A stretch of DNA of 64,000 nt. Source: an uncultured Rivularia sp. (lineage in GTDB: Bacteria > Cyanobacteriota > Cyanobacteriia > Cyanobacteriales > Nostocaceae). The notes under the pieces are model-generated. The model had not been told where the DNA came from, did not search any database, and saw only the letters and a program-made list of their open reading frames with translations. A program made the translations under genes and the position numbers. The stretch is from positions 5,408,001 through 5,472,000 of the forward strand of contig OY762007.1 in the NCBI GenBank assembly GCA_963665115.1. Reading direction: 5' to 3'. Of this stretch, positions 44,658 to 56,889 are shown one piece after another. How positions within the stretch are numbered: the stretch's first letter is position 1; every line of letters begins with the position of its first letter.

Positions 44658-45131
44658 TGCTCAGATAAAAATAAAAAATACTAATTATATGGGGAATAAT
44701 TGTCTGCTCCCGACTGCATTGGATTTAAGAGCGTACAAACAATTTAATCAACAAGCAGCATTCAGAACAATTACAGTAAAAGAGTAAATCAGTAAGGAAC
44801 GTTCTTCTTGCTTTATTGACGCTCACTTCCATCGCCGATCAATAGGAACAGATTACCATAAAAGTTTTATCGTAAACCTCTACCCGAAGTTATTGTAGAT
44901 ACCAGTACAATCCCCTCAAATATAGTATTATCAAGTATTAATTTTTTATGCAGTGAAAAAATAAACACCAAATCTTCATAAGTAATCCAGTAATTTTACA
45001 TCTGCTTAATCTCTCCAAAGTTAGAAGTAATAATGTGAAGATTTAGCTGATAATTGAATTGGTGGCAAGCTTTATCTTGGGTAACTCTTGTCCACTACGA
45101 AAAAAAATTACCATAATTAACACAAATATCT

Positions 45132-46033
45132 ATGTTTCAGCCATTGGGATTTGAGCGTTGCTCGGTAAATACATCATTGGGTAGGATGATTTACTATACC
45201 AATACAGGCTCCCTGTGGCAGGATGAAATGACTGCCATTACGGATAAGGAAACCTTGGTATTCTTACATGGATTCGGTGGTGGTTCTTCTGCTTACGAAT
45301 GGTCTAAAGTATATTCAGCCTTTGCAGCAGAATATCGCATCATTGCACCGGATTTGATCGGTTGGGGTGAGTCGGAGCATCCAGAAAGAAACTACGAAGT
45401 TGAAGATTATTTAACTACAATCAGGGAATTTTTACAACAAACCTGCAACGGTGCAGTAAAGGTAATTGCTTCTTCTTTAACAGCAGCATTTACAATTCGA
45501 GTTGCGATCGCTCATCCGGAATTATTCAAGTCTCTGATTCTCACAACTCCAGCAGGGGACTTTCCGATTTTGGTGAAAACTATTCCCGCAGCTTTTTCGC
45601 TCAGGTAATTAGTACACCCGTTCTGGATAAATTGTTTTACAGTGCGGGGGTTGCAAGTAGCGGCGGAATTCGTAGTTTTTTAGAGCAACGACAATTTGCT
45701 AATTCCAATCGGGTTTATGAAGAAATTATAGAAGCTTATTTAGAATCTGCAAAACAGCCAAATGCAGAATATGCGGCTTTGTCTTTTGTTCGTGGGGATT
45801 TATGCTTCGATTTATCGCAATATATTGAACAACTGACAATACCCACAGCGATTATTTGGGGACAAAAATCACAATTTACCGGACCAGAAATTGGTCAGCG
45901 TCTGGCGCAAATGAATCCCCAAGCCATCAAATTTTTTCAACAATTGGACTCGGTTGGTTTAACACCTCAGTTGGAATTACCAGGAGTAACAGTAGGTTTA
46001 ATCAAAAAGTTTATCGGTTTGTTTGATAAATAG
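45132..46033 (+). CDS. Alpha/beta-fold hydrolase; apparent frameshift at 45555-45558
   Basis: VFLHGFGGG, APDLIGWGES, ASSL; switching frame at GGGG gives TPAGLSDFGENY and joins the 45632 ORF. Confidence 0.88.
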
Positions 46034-46036
46034 TAA

Positions 46037-46073
46037 TAAGTCATCAGCCATATTAATAGTGACTGATGACTTA
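46037..46073. terminator. Stem-loop between convergent genes
   Basis: TAAGTCATCAGCCA...TGACTGATGACTTA. Confidence 0.65.
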
Positions 46074-46193
46074 TAAACTTATACACATGGGAAGCTCCCT
46101 ATAAATGACCCAAAAAAACTATCTACCTCCCTTAGCTACTATTCAAAATTACTTATATTTAATAATCTTGAATTTCGCTAACTACTTCCGATG

Positions 46194-46505
46194 CTAGCCA
46201 GCTTTTTTACGCGAGTTTGTAACAACCAACTCAAACTCCCAGCCCGGAAGTTGCTGTACCGATTTGCTAATATGACGTAAATCTTCTGAACCGTTACAGC
46301 TAAGATTTTGTCGCGTCCTAACTTTAGCAGCAACAACCTTTTTATCGTTTACGGCTATCAAATCAAGCGAACAATCTGCCAGTACCGTAGGTAGTTTTTC
46401 GGAAGATGGATTAATAGTTACTGAATAACCTTGCTCTCGGTATTCTTTAGCAAGCTTTAAGAGTCGCCGATATTCTAAGGGATTTTGATTCTCCTGATAG
46501 CTCAT
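46194..46505 (-). CDS. REase AHJR-like small protein with degenerate PD-(D/E)xK site
   Basis: LAKEYREQGYSVTINP...DLIA...PGWEFELVV pattern; expected ExK reads KVR. Confidence 0.65.
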   Translation of the reverse strand: MSYQENQNPLEYRRLLKLAKEYREQGYSVTINPSSEKLPTVLADCSLDLIAVNDKKVVAAKVRTRQNLSCNGSEDLRHISKSVQQLPGWEFELVVTNSRKKAG

Positions 46506-46774
46506 ATCTAATTACTGAGAGTTGCTCCGGTGAAGTTGAAGTATCGATCGCTTCACTTATTATAGAGCAAACCTATAAGAATAGTGCTGTTAAATGCGTT
46601 GCAATATTGATAATAACTTTCATTAATTAACCAAAATTTAATACTAGCTTTGATGCTTGAAAAGGATACTAAAAGATGCACTTATTATTTGATTTAATAA
46701 GCGCATTACAATAGTTATTTCATAGTTATATACACTCATAAAATGAGGTAGATGCAGTTAATAGCTTATCTTTA

Positions 46775-47197
46775 TTAAGATAAATCTCCAGGATCTGGTG
46801 CAGGTTCAACTTTAATGTGCAAAAATTCTTCACCGTTAGAAAATCCTTCGGCTAAAGCTGGAGAAATACCTTTGATTCTAAAAGAACCATTTAGATTCCG
46901 ACGACGGCTGATGAAATCAGTAATCTGATAGTCATCAACATAAATCAAACCGTTTAAAGCATCCCTGACTGGCTTTACTATATTGTCATTATCTGGAACG
47001 GCTGATTCGTCGCCAGTGGGATCTGCATCATAATAATGCGTAATAATTACTTGAACATAACCTCCAACAGGATTTTCTTGATTCCAATTATATAGGGCAG
47101 TTTCACGAACTTGTTGTTTCCAAGCATTCACGCGCTTGCGTTCTTTTGCTTGGTGAGAAACTGGTTTACCAATTACTACAAATTCAAATGGCAGCAT
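46775..47197 (-). CDS. RusA family Holliday-junction resolvase-like protein
   Basis: PDNDNIVKPVRDAL...YVDDYQI fits the RusA DxDNxxK...D...DD signature. Confidence 0.85.
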   Translation of the reverse strand: MLPFEFVVIGKPVSHQAKERKRVNAWKQQVRETALYNWNQENPVGGYVQVIITHYYDADPTGDESAVPDNDNIVKPVRDALNGLIYVDDYQITDFISRRRNLNGSFRIKGISPALAEGFSNGEEFLHIKVEPAPDPGDLS

Positions 47198-47812
47198 TGA
47201 GAAAATCTCGTAGTTAGGTGTAAGCGTTAATTAGCTCGCATTCGATAATCTCGCAGCGGTCGTAGATTTAATCTTGACTTCAAGTCTTGGGCTTTCTATT
47301 ACCGGAAGTGCGGTTCATTACCCTGAACTTAAAATACATATTGGGATTACTTTGATGAAATAAGTAACAATAACTGGGTTGACTTTTCAGTAAGCGAACC
47401 CTATGATTATTCTGTGCAATTTAAGGGTACAAGGATAAATAACTGGTAAGATATACTTTCTGACTTCTCGATTCATTTACTTTGATGTATCTGTGCAAAC
47501 ACCCTTTTTTATTGTCGGGAATACTACCCTTGAATGGTTTGTTTACACTTACAAGCTAACATATCAAAATATTAAACATCAACATTTTTTAGTTACCGTG
47601 CGGTTAAATTTCGCTATAATAATTAGACTTTGTACTTAGCAAAACAATTATTTTAATCAAATATAAATTAAATCACTTTGTTGCATTAAAAACAATGTGT
47701 TTTGTATTAACAAAATTCAAAGTAAATAAACTTATTGCTACCCACTATAGATAGAATAAAAAGCTAAATTTATAATCTAAAGTTGTAAATTTCAGGCGAT
47801 AAATTTCTACCC

Positions 47813-49712
47813 TTATTTAAGGTTGCCGATAAACTTATAACCACCTGCTTCTATGCGAATTTCACCTTCTTTCCAAGCTTGATAAATAGGTGCTTTTCCT
47901 CCTGCGGCATTTTGGTAAACGGCAAAGTGATTCTTCCAATCGTGTAATTTACCATTTCGCCAAACTTTGGGTAAATCTAAAGCTTGATGCTGTAATTTTA
48001 CTTTTCCTGCAACACCTTGATATTCAACTATACCGCTATCAATTTTATTTATATCTAAACGAGATTTAGCAAGTACCGAACTTTTGAACTGCTCAAAATC
48101 TCCATGAGTTTGTTTTTCACCTATTTCTAAAGCAAATCCGCTGTAACTATTTCCCATTCCAGTAGCAGTTAAAATTTGACCTTCGGGATATCTTTTAGTT
48201 ATTTCGGAGGTTTTAGTCGCGTTAATTCCTTCAAAATTCAGATTTATCGGTGTTAAAGCCAACCATGTTTTTTCATAGCGAATAAAGGTGACGTTATTTT
48301 TAGTTTCTATTTTGGTCGATTTAGGTAAAAAGAATTGAAAAGGTGTTTGTTGTTTATCGTTGAGAAAGATTACTAAGTTGCGGTATTGGGCGATATTGTC
48401 ACCACCGACGCTAGATGTTGATATTTTCTTAGGTTTCGCTACCCGTCGCTGCAACAAAATAATCAACGCCACGCTTTTGATTAAAAGCCATCATCTTAAA
48501 ACCATTCCAATCACCACCGGAACCTTTAGCTAAAGTACCTATTTGAAAAGTGTTACCGAAATACAAAGTTTCATGAAATTGCGGTGCAGTATCATTACCT
48601 TGTTTCCAATTTTCATAAGTCGGTTTAGAGTTAAGTAATTCTGCGGGCTTGGAAAACTGCTTTTTTGCTAAAGCCACAATCGCCGGATGGGGACGATAGC
48701 TGCTGGTAATTACGTGAACTGAGTCGGGGGAAGGTTTGGGATCTTCAATCGGTGAATCATTGAAATACAGTCCTAATTCATGGGTAGATAAAGCACACCA
48801 AACACAATTTCCTTTGCCGTAGTCACGCTTAGTAGGGCCGCCAAATCCACCCCGCCAATATTTTAAAGCACCGGAAGCTAAAAGCCAGTCTAATCCAGCT
48901 TTTGCCATAGATTTCACCTCTTTATCTTTAGCAAAGTCATAAAGATTCAGATAAGCAGTAATAGTATGTCCGAGATAGTTTTCCGAATCCCATTCACCTT
49001 GTCCAATTTGATACAAAGTGCTGATATTTCGCCGGATGCGTTGTTTGTAAGCTTGTCTCGTTGCTTCGTTTCCCGTTTCTTCAGCAAACAAATACACCGC
49101 ACTATTCCGCATTGCTTTCAAATTATCGGTGTTGCGACAATCCACCCAGCTATCACAATTATCAGTCCCGCTAGCCCAAAATTTACGTCTCTGAGGAAAA
49201 CGACGCTTTAACGGATCTTCTGCTGTTAAAAGTTGCATTGCTTGTTTCATTCGCTGACGATATTCTGGATCGAGATATTCCCCAAAATAGAAATACTTGC
49301 GAACTTGTCCTTTAAGAGTAAAGCTTGAGTAAAAATCAATTCCTAAAGTATGGGAATGACTTTTAGCATCAGCATCCTCAGCTTGAAGAAAAGCGATAGA
49401 ACTTTCGCGATTTCCCGCAAGAAAATCAATCATCGCTTTGGGATAAGAACGTTTTTCGCTTTCAAAAGATGTAGTTCCATATTTCTTACCAGCGAATTGA
49501 GCAATTACTTGTTTTGCACGTTTTTGAAACTCTGCTTCCATTTGCGGTGTCCATTGGTTTGATGTTGACACCTGTTTTAAAGGTTTTGGAGATAGCTGTT
49601 CGGATTTAGTTTGTAATTGTAAGTTTGATTTGTTTTTTGCAACATTACTAGTGCAACCGAAAGGAAACACGAGTAAGCAGAGGGTTATGGTTTTAAAAAT
49701 TAAATGTTTCAT
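47813..49712 (-). CDS. Putative lipoprotein of unknown function (~630 aa); apparent +1 frameshift at 48432-48437
   Basis: MKHLIFKTITLCLLVFPFGC lipobox-like signal; removing one base joins VAATGSE to PKKISTSS of the 47813-48472 ORF. Confidence 0.75.
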
Positions 49713-49946
49713 GTTAAAGGTTTTAGCACAATAAAGGTTCATAGTAAGTAGCTCTAGCTTTTGGAAGGAAAGGATTAAAATCTTTACTACAAACTCTTTT
49801 AATTCATAAAAAAAATAGTCCCCTCGCTGCAAACGGGAGACTATCATGTATTTAAACAGAAAAGTTTATTCAGCTTTTTGAATAATTAGAGAAAGATAAA
49901 AAGTAGAAGATCGAGTAATTACCTTTGACCTTTAACCTTTAACCTA

Positions 49947-50480
49947 TTATTTATCTTCAATTCTGACATCAATAACGCTGGCATTAAAATTGTAATTAAA
50001 CCCTTCTAATTCAAACGGCATCCCGATTTTTACTTTACTGTTACCCAAAACAGGTCCGCTATCAGTAATTGTTGCTTTACCTGCTAAAGTCAAAAGCATA
50101 TCTGTACTAAAAATATTTTCTCTAGGATCTTCCATTAATTTAAGAGTACCGTCAGGTTGTGTAACTATGATTTTCCTCGGTAGTACTTGAATGGATTTAA
50201 TCGGAATTTGGCCGTAGGGTTGATTGCGGATGATAACGTTTGTTTTACCTGATTTTTTAAACCCTTGCTCGGACAATCTATCTATATCTTTTACTTTCAA
50301 TCCCCGGACAATCAAATCAACTTCAATAGGTTTTGTTGTGGTACCTACTTGAGCTACGGAGCCAGTGGTTCCAGGGAATAAAAAGATACCTCCAATTACT
50401 AGCAAAATTACTAGTAAAGCACCGATATCTAGAATATTGAATTTACCAAATAAGCGACCTTTGGAATCTAATATAGCCAT
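49947..50480 (-). CDS. DUF4330 family protein
   Basis: MAILDSKGRLFGKFNILD N-terminus, TM helix, IIRNQPYG, LGNSKVKIG. Confidence 0.85.
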   Translation of the reverse strand: MAILDSKGRLFGKFNILDIGALLVILLVIGGIFLFPGTTGSVAQVGTTTKPIEVDLIVRGLKVKDIDRLSEQGFKKSGKTNVIIRNQPYGQIPIKSIQVLPRKIIVTQPDGTLKLMEDPRENIFSTDMLLTLAGKATITDSGPVLGNSKVKIGMPFELEGFNYNFNASVIDVRIEDK

Positions 50481-50832
50481 AACTGATTTTTCCTATTTTA
50501 TTGATGGGATGGATGATTGATATTAGAACAATGAAACTGCTGGAGATAGAAGTTAATAGTATGTGAGATTAAGTATTAAAGATAAAGGTTAAAATAGTAA
50601 GATTATTTCCTTTATGTAGTTATAGGACAGTTTATTACTTACAGTAGTTTTCCTGGGTTTCATGAAAGAATGCATAATTAATTGCCATGTCTAACAGCAA
50701 AGCTACTGTTAAGTCAAGCAGACTGGATAACCGATTATGGCATGACTTAGTAATAACTTAGGCGTGCAACTTCTGCCAGCTATTTATCGTCTTATAACTT
50801 ACGTTCTTCTAAAAACCTCCTTGAATTCGATC

Positions 50833-51693
50833 ATGATTGACAAGACAAACTTTTATTTTAATTTCGGCTCTTTGCGAAAAAGATTCTTTTATCCGCTAAT
50901 TTCTGTAGCTACTGCTATAACTTTGTGCCTAAGTACACCTTCTCTGGCTCAGGGCTTCTCTATATGGGACGTACTCTTTCAGGGTGCCCAAATAATTCAA
51001 CTTTCTAATATATCAGACAAGCAAGAAGTTCAACTCGGTAGGCAAATAAATCAGCAATTGGTCAAAAGCGATATTAAACTTTCTCGCAATTCTCAAATAA
51101 ATAATTACATACAAGGAATCGGTAAACGCCTAGCAGCCCAAAATACCAGAACCAAAATTCCTTACAAATTTCAGGTAGTTGAAGATGACAGTATAAATGC
51201 CTTCGCTACTGCTGGTGGATATGTTTATATTAATACTGGTTTAATCAAAGCCGCCGACAATGAAGCGGAATTATCAAGTGTAGTTGCTCACGAAATCGCT
51301 CATATTGAAGGCAGACACGTAGTAGAGCAAATGAAAAAAACTGCGATCGCCAGAGGTTTAGCTACAGCAGCAGGTGTAGAAAATAGTAGGTTAGTCCAAC
51401 TTGGTGTTGAACTAGGTTATCGTCGCCCTAACAGTCGTGGAGCCGAGCGTGATGCCGATCGCCGTGGATTAAGAATACTCACTGATGCTGGTTATGCTCC
51501 TCAAGCAATGGTTTCTTTCATGAGCAAGCTAAAGAGCAAAAGCAGAAGTGGAGTTCCTACCTTTTTAAGTACCCACCCTTCACCCAATAATCGCGTAGAA
51601 TATCTTCAGAGTTGGGTTAACGCACAACGTAGTAAAGGTAACGACGGCTTAAGCAAAACTGCATACCAGAGAAATATCCGAGCATTAAAATAG
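50833..51693 (+). CDS. M48 family zinc metallopeptidase
   Basis: INAFATAGG, VAHEIAH (HExxH), ERDAD, FLSTHP. Confidence 0.92.
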   Translation: MIDKTNFYFNFGSLRKRFFYPLISVATAITLCLSTPSLAQGFSIWDVLFQGAQIIQLSNISDKQEVQLGRQINQQLVKSDIKLSRNSQINNYIQGIGKRLAAQNTRTKIPYKFQVVEDDSINAFATAGGYVYINTGLIKAADNEAELSSVVAHEIAHIEGRHVVEQMKKTAIARGLATAAGVENSRLVQLGVELGYRRPNSRGAERDADRRGLRILTDAGYAPQAMVSFMSKLKSKSRSGVPTFLSTHPSPNNRVEYLQSWVNAQRSKGNDGLSKTAYQRNIRALK

Positions 51694-51757
51694 AGAGTCA
51701 GAAGTTACGGGTTAGGAGTTAGGATTTTCCAACTTTTGACCTTTAACCTTTAACCTC

Positions 51758-52523
51758 TCAAGCCCATAACCTGCTGCTATTACGATTGACTTTCAGTGAA
51801 GTCACATTAACTTTAGCTGATGCTTCCTCTAAAGTTAAGGTGCGTACAGAGGATTTAAACATATTGGCTTGATAACAGAGACGATTTGTGACATCAAATG
51901 CTGTTAGCCAACCACTACGGGGATGATAAGCACCTGTATCTAGATCGAGCCAACCAGCACCTCTGGCTATTTTGCCCGGTGCAACTCCAGGAAAAGTAAA
52001 AGTAATAGTGTGACCGACGATAATTACTTTATCTGAAAAATAAGGCTTTTGAATGCTGTGAAATTTGTCTCTAATCCAGCAAAATTGTTCGGCTTTTTGT
52101 TCTTCTATAGTTTTCGTAGGATCAATACCTGCGTGAACTAAAAATATGTCTCCTAAATCTAAATATAAAGGTAAACTTTCAAACCATTCGAGATGTTCTG
52201 GAGGTATTTTGCCGTTTTTATAGCTTGCTAAGGTTGCTTGTCCGCCACTGTAAAGCCATCCTTGTACGCTGGGAGTGGAAGCATTCTTATCTGTGAGAAT
52301 TTTTATTAGCATATGCTCGTGATTTCCGAGCAAGCAAGGATAGGAATTTTCTTTAACAAAATCCACTACTTGGGAACTTTCGGGGGCCTCTGTCTATCAA
52401 ATCCCCGAGAAAATAAATTTTGTCTTCTGCCGTTGGGGCGATCGCCTCTAACAATTGCATCAAGCCTTGATAGTGACCATGCACATCCCCTATAACTATA
52501 CGACGGTGGCTAGTTGCACTCAT
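51758..52523 (-). CDS. Metallophosphoesterase (PPP-type Ser/Thr phosphatase); apparent +1 frameshift at 52382-52388
   Basis: GDVHG, GDLIDRG, GNHE, VHAG, VGHT, LDTG; removing one base gives DRGPESSQVVDFVK. Confidence 0.92.
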
Positions 52524-52883
52524 GGGTCTGGACTTCAATAAGTTTGTTTTATATTCCTGATTCAGTAGAAACTACTATTAATCAGTAAGAAAATGTAAAA
52601 AATTTTCTAAATACAAGTTTAATGAAATCAATTCCATAGATAAAGAAGGAAATGTTACAAACCTTACTTATCTATAGACAAGAGCCGATTCATTTTGCTG
52701 AAACTAATATCAGTATAATTACTAGCAATATTGATACAATGTACTCATAATTACAAATTGTCTTGAGTGAGAATACGATAATTCAGTTTAAATATTGGTT
52801 GATAGAAAAGTTTCTGCAAACTAGCTGCTATGAGCAATAAAGTTTTAAAATTCAGATTGATATTGAGAAAGCAGGAGTATGTA

Positions 52884-53159
52884 ATGTCAGAAGAATTTTC
52901 GACTCAAGTTAGCGATCGCATTTGTAAGCACATGAACGATGACCATGCCGAAGCGGTGGCATTTTACGCTAAGGCTTATGGCGATTTAGAGGATGCTACA
53001 GCAGCAAAAATGCTTTCTATTGATGCAGAAGGAATGAATTTAGAAGCTCAAGCAAATGGGCAAGAGGTACCTGTCAGAATTAAATTCGACCATACTTTGA
53101 AAAATGCCGAAGATGCTCATCATACATTGATTGATATGTTGAAGCAGGCAAGAAAATAA
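52884..53159 (+). CDS. DUF2470 domain protein
   Basis: RICKHMNDDH, AKMLSIDAEGM, RIKFDH; AGGAG RBS. Confidence 0.88.
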   Translation: MSEEFSTQVSDRICKHMNDDHAEAVAFYAKAYGDLEDATAAKMLSIDAEGMNLEAQANGQEVPVRIKFDHTLKNAEDAHHTLIDMLKQARK

Positions 53160-53190
53160 GGTTGTAGCGGTACTTGTTATGTTTGAAAAA

Positions 53191-53602
<412 letters not shown>

Positions 53603-54838
53603 TTACTCCCTATTCCCTTCACATTTAAATTCAGATTTAAGCGTAAAAGCAAAGCAGGCTGTAAGAATAGTAAGCACACCAGTAATCCAGAAGGGAGTTT
53701 TGTAATCGAGACTAACCAGCATACCTGAAATTGGCGGTCCGATGGCGTTAGAAATACTTAGATAAGATGCATTAATTCCTAAAATTTCTCCTTGTTCCCG
53801 TTCGGTGCTATTCAAGGATAAAATTGAGTCTATTAAAGGCATTGGGAAGGAATTTACAAACCCAAAAATTCCAATAATGATAAAAAATGCAGTTAGATAG
53901 GGGAAAGTTGGAATCAATAGAAAGGTAATTCCACGGGCAAATAATGCTAAGGATAAAATATCAATTAAATTAAATTTTTTCCTCAGTGGATCGAGTGCAA
54001 CAACTTGAGAGATGAAACCCAACATTCCTACAAGAGCAAATGTAATTGCTAATGTTTTGGCATCTTGGTTGAGGACTTTTAGTACAAACGGTTGAAATGC
54101 AAAAGTAAAAATCGTAAAAGTAGAACCACTTAAAAAAGTTAGAACAAAGAGCTTACCTAATTTTGGTCGGGTTGCCGACTGAAAAACTTTGATAAAGCCA
54201 AAATCTCTCCAACTTAAATGAAATTGCTGTTTGTCAGAAGCTCTTAGAGTTTCCGGTAAGAAGAAAATAGCTAAAATAGTTGCGAACAAAGCCATACCCG
54301 CACCTACGATGAAACTCATTCCCAATGAAGTTACACCCTTAACTGTCGGTAACTGCTGCGCTACATAGCTTAATGCTGGTCCCGCCACAAAACCCAAACG
54401 AAAAACAGCACCGAAAATACCAAAAGCTTTAGCACGTTGATCGACAGTTGTAATATCGCTAACTACAGCCCTAGCAATAGAAGTATTTCCACCAGTTAAA
54501 CCATCAAAGATACGCGCTAAATATAACAACCAAGCTACGGGAGTTACGGCGGCAACAATACCAGATAAAACTGTTCCTAATAAACTTATTACTAGTAAAG
54601 GTTTTCTTCCCAAACGGTCTGAAAGCCTTCCTAAAATAGGAGTACCGATAAACTGTGGTAAAGCATAAGCTGTACTTAATAAGCTTGCTTGAAAATCATT
54701 TAATCCAAACTGCTTTGCATAGGGATAAAGTAGCGGAATAATTATCGTGAAGCTAACCGAATTGATAAAGGCAACTAGGGTAACAATCCAAAACTGGAGA
54801 GGTAATTTAGACTGCCCCCTGAAATTTTTCGAGTTCAT
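53603..54838 (-). CDS. MFS efflux transporter (TetA/DHA1-like)
   Basis: [11 protein letters not shown] motif [19 protein letters not shown]; about 12 TM segments. Confidence 0.92.
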   Translation of the reverse strand: MNSKNFRGQSKLPLQFWIVTLVAFINSVSFTIIIPLLYPYAKQFGLNDFQASLLSTAYALPQFIGTPILGRLSDRLGRKPLLVISLLGTVLSGIVAAVTPVAWLLYLARIFDGLTGGNTSIARAVVSDITTVDQRAKAFGIFGAVFRLGFVAGPALSYVAQQLPTVKGVTSLGMSFIVGAGMALFATILAIFFLPETLRASDKQQFHLSWRDFGFIKVFQSATRPKLGKLFVLTFLSGSTFTIFTFAFQPFVLKVLNQDAKTLAITFALVGMLGFISQVVALDPLRKKFNLIDILSLALFARGITFLLIPTFPYLTAFFIIIGIFGFVNSFPMPLIDSILSLNSTEREQGEILGINASYLSISNAIGPPISGMLVSLDYKTPFWITGVLTILTACFAFTLKSEFKCEGNRE

Positions 54839-55042
54839 CTATTGAGTTAAAATCAATATTGCCAGAATTCGGTCTATTTTTTATAGAAATTTCTAACTGG
54901 CGGTTTCTTCTGTAGCTTATCCCATTGGTACTTTGTTAAACTTCCTCAAAAAGTAAAGAAATCCCTTCAGAAATTATTCTATCTATAGGTAGTTGACGAT
55001 TTTTTTACATAAAATGTATAGTTCAGCAACTAATAACAACTT

Positions 55043-55831
55043 TCAAACTTCTTGCAACAACCAAAAGCCAGTATAAGTCATTCCAGAATCATCAGGCTGT
55101 ACTAACAAAAAATGCAATCCTTGAGTGTCCTGCTTGCGCTGTTGATAGACTTTCGCCGCTTCTGAAACTTCTTCATCCTCGAATGTTGCCACAATCCATC
55201 TATCTACCAAACCCGCTTCCAATACCAAACCATCTGGGGCACCAGCAATATAATTTAAAGCCACTGGACGACTTTCTTTTAACCATCTTGCCAAAAACAT
55301 GGATTTACGTCCGCCATAAATGACCACACCCGGAATCGGCACCGTTGAAGCCAAACCCAAATTTATCGGTAATAAAAATGATGGTGTTTCTAAAATAGGA
55401 ATTGGACGCTCTGAGACAAAATCAGTAATATTACCAGCGCTGAGTGCGGCAAAACTCCATTGCTCTCCCCAAATATTTTCAGATAAAGGTGTTGGAGGTG
55501 GCTTATCTAAAGTCGTAAATTGCTGCTTTTGTTCCAGCCATTTTTTTAAAGCAGTAGTGCGTCGAGTTGCTTCAACTTTAACACCCAAGCTAATCCCAGC
55601 TTGTTCAATTAAACTTAAAGACTGGGGACGAAACACTTGAATACCTAACGGTAAATTATCCGATGCTGCTTGCTTAATTTGGGAAGCTACCCAACTAGAA
55701 TTAGCTTCTGACTGGAGACAAGTCGCTTCATATTTAAACTCAAGATTGGAATCGCAAATCGATAGATCCCATAAAACCTGTCCCGATTTATCCGGTTGCG
55801 AACGACGATAAAAATCAGCTTGCCAAAACAT
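55043..55831 (-). CDS. Tab2/Atab2 family RNA-binding protein (DUF1092)
   Basis: WQADFYRR, EANSSW, VFRPQ, WGEQW, IPGVVI, LEAGLVDRW, GLHFLLVQP. Confidence 0.88.
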   Translation of the reverse strand: MFWQADFYRRSQPDKSGQVLWDLSICDSNLEFKYEATCLQSEANSSWVASQIKQAASDNLPLGIQVFRPQSLSLIEQAGISLGVKVEATRRTTALKKWLEQKQQFTTLDKPPPTPLSENIWGEQWSFAALSAGNITDFVSERPIPILETPSFLLPINLGLASTVPIPGVVIYGGRKSMFLARWLKESRPVALNYIAGAPDGLVLEAGLVDRWIVATFEDEEVSEAAKVYQQRKQDTQGLHFLLVQPDDSGMTYTGFWLLQEV

Positions 55832-55912
55832 ATCAATTATCAGTTATCAGTGATCGGTTATCAATTATCGCTACTATTCATTGTTCATTGTTCATTGTTC
55901 ATTGATAATTGT

Positions 55913-56758
55913 TCATTGATTCAAAGCTTTTGCATGATGACGAATATGGTCTTCCATAAAAGTGGAAATGAAATAATAACTGTGGTCGTAGCCTTGCTGA
56001 TAACGTAGATTCAAAGGTTGATTCACTTCCTTGCAGGCTTTTTCAAATATATTTGGGAGCAATTGCTGCTGTTGAAGAAATTGATCGTCGTTGCCTTGAT
56101 CGATTAAAATTTCACCATTAAAACCAAATTGCTTGATTAATTCACTTGCATCATATTCGCGCCAAATTTCTCTGTTTTCACCTAAATAATTATTCAAACA
56201 CTTTTCTCCCCAAGCGGACTGCATGGGTGCAGCTATAGGTGCAAAAGCTGAAACAGATTTGTATTTTTGGGGGTTTCGTATGGCACAAACTAAAGCACCA
56301 TGTCCGCCCATTGAATGACCAAATATACTTTGTTTATCTTGTTGTATCCGAAAATTAGCAGCGATCAAATCAGGTAATTCTTTGACAACGTAGCTATACA
56401 TTTTGTAGTGAGATGACCAAGGTTTTTCGATTGCGTCAACGTAAAAACTCGCACCCGTACCGAAATCGTAGTCATCATCTTCGCCCTTTATTCCTGTATT
56501 CCGGGGGCTAGTATCTGGGGCAACTAAAATTAAACCATGCTCTGCTGCATATTTTTGCGCTCCGGCTTTAACCATAAAGTTTTCTTCGGTACAGGTTAAA
56601 CCGGAGAGAAAATAAAGAACTGGTAAGCTTTGGGATTCCGCTTGGGGTGGTTGGTAAACACTAAAGCGCATTTCACTATTACAGGTAGCTGAGGAATGAG
56701 AGTAAAAACCAAGTTTTCCACCAAAGCTTTTATATTCTGAGTTGAGGTTGAGAGACAT
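55913..56758 (-). CDS. fghA: S-formylglutathione hydrolase
   Basis: LSGLTCTEENF, PDTSPR, GHSMGGHGAL, GYDHSYYFI. Confidence 0.96.
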   Translation of the reverse strand: MSLNLNSEYKSFGGKLGFYSHSSATCNSEMRFSVYQPPQAESQSLPVLYFLSGLTCTEENFMVKAGAQKYAAEHGLILVAPDTSPRNTGIKGEDDDYDFGTGASFYVDAIEKPWSSHYKMYSYVVKELPDLIAANFRIQQDKQSIFGHSMGGHGALVCAIRNPQKYKSVSAFAPIAAPMQSAWGEKCLNNYLGENREIWREYDASELIKQFGFNGEILIDQGNDDQFLQQQQLLPNIFEKACKEVNQPLNLRYQQGYDHSYYFISTFMEDHIRHHAKALNQ

Positions 56759-56889
56759 GAAAGATTTAGGACTATATTCTTTTTGCTGCCATTAGTCATC
56801 CTATATCATTTGGCAGTTAGAGGTGAATGGGGAGTAGGGAAAAGAAAAGATGTATCTAAAAGCTAGCGCTTCATACCCCATCGATGAAA

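Noticed and set aside
47228..47318. Possible 28-aa ORF upstream of the RusA-like gene
   Set aside because: Requires assuming another indel and has no homology support.
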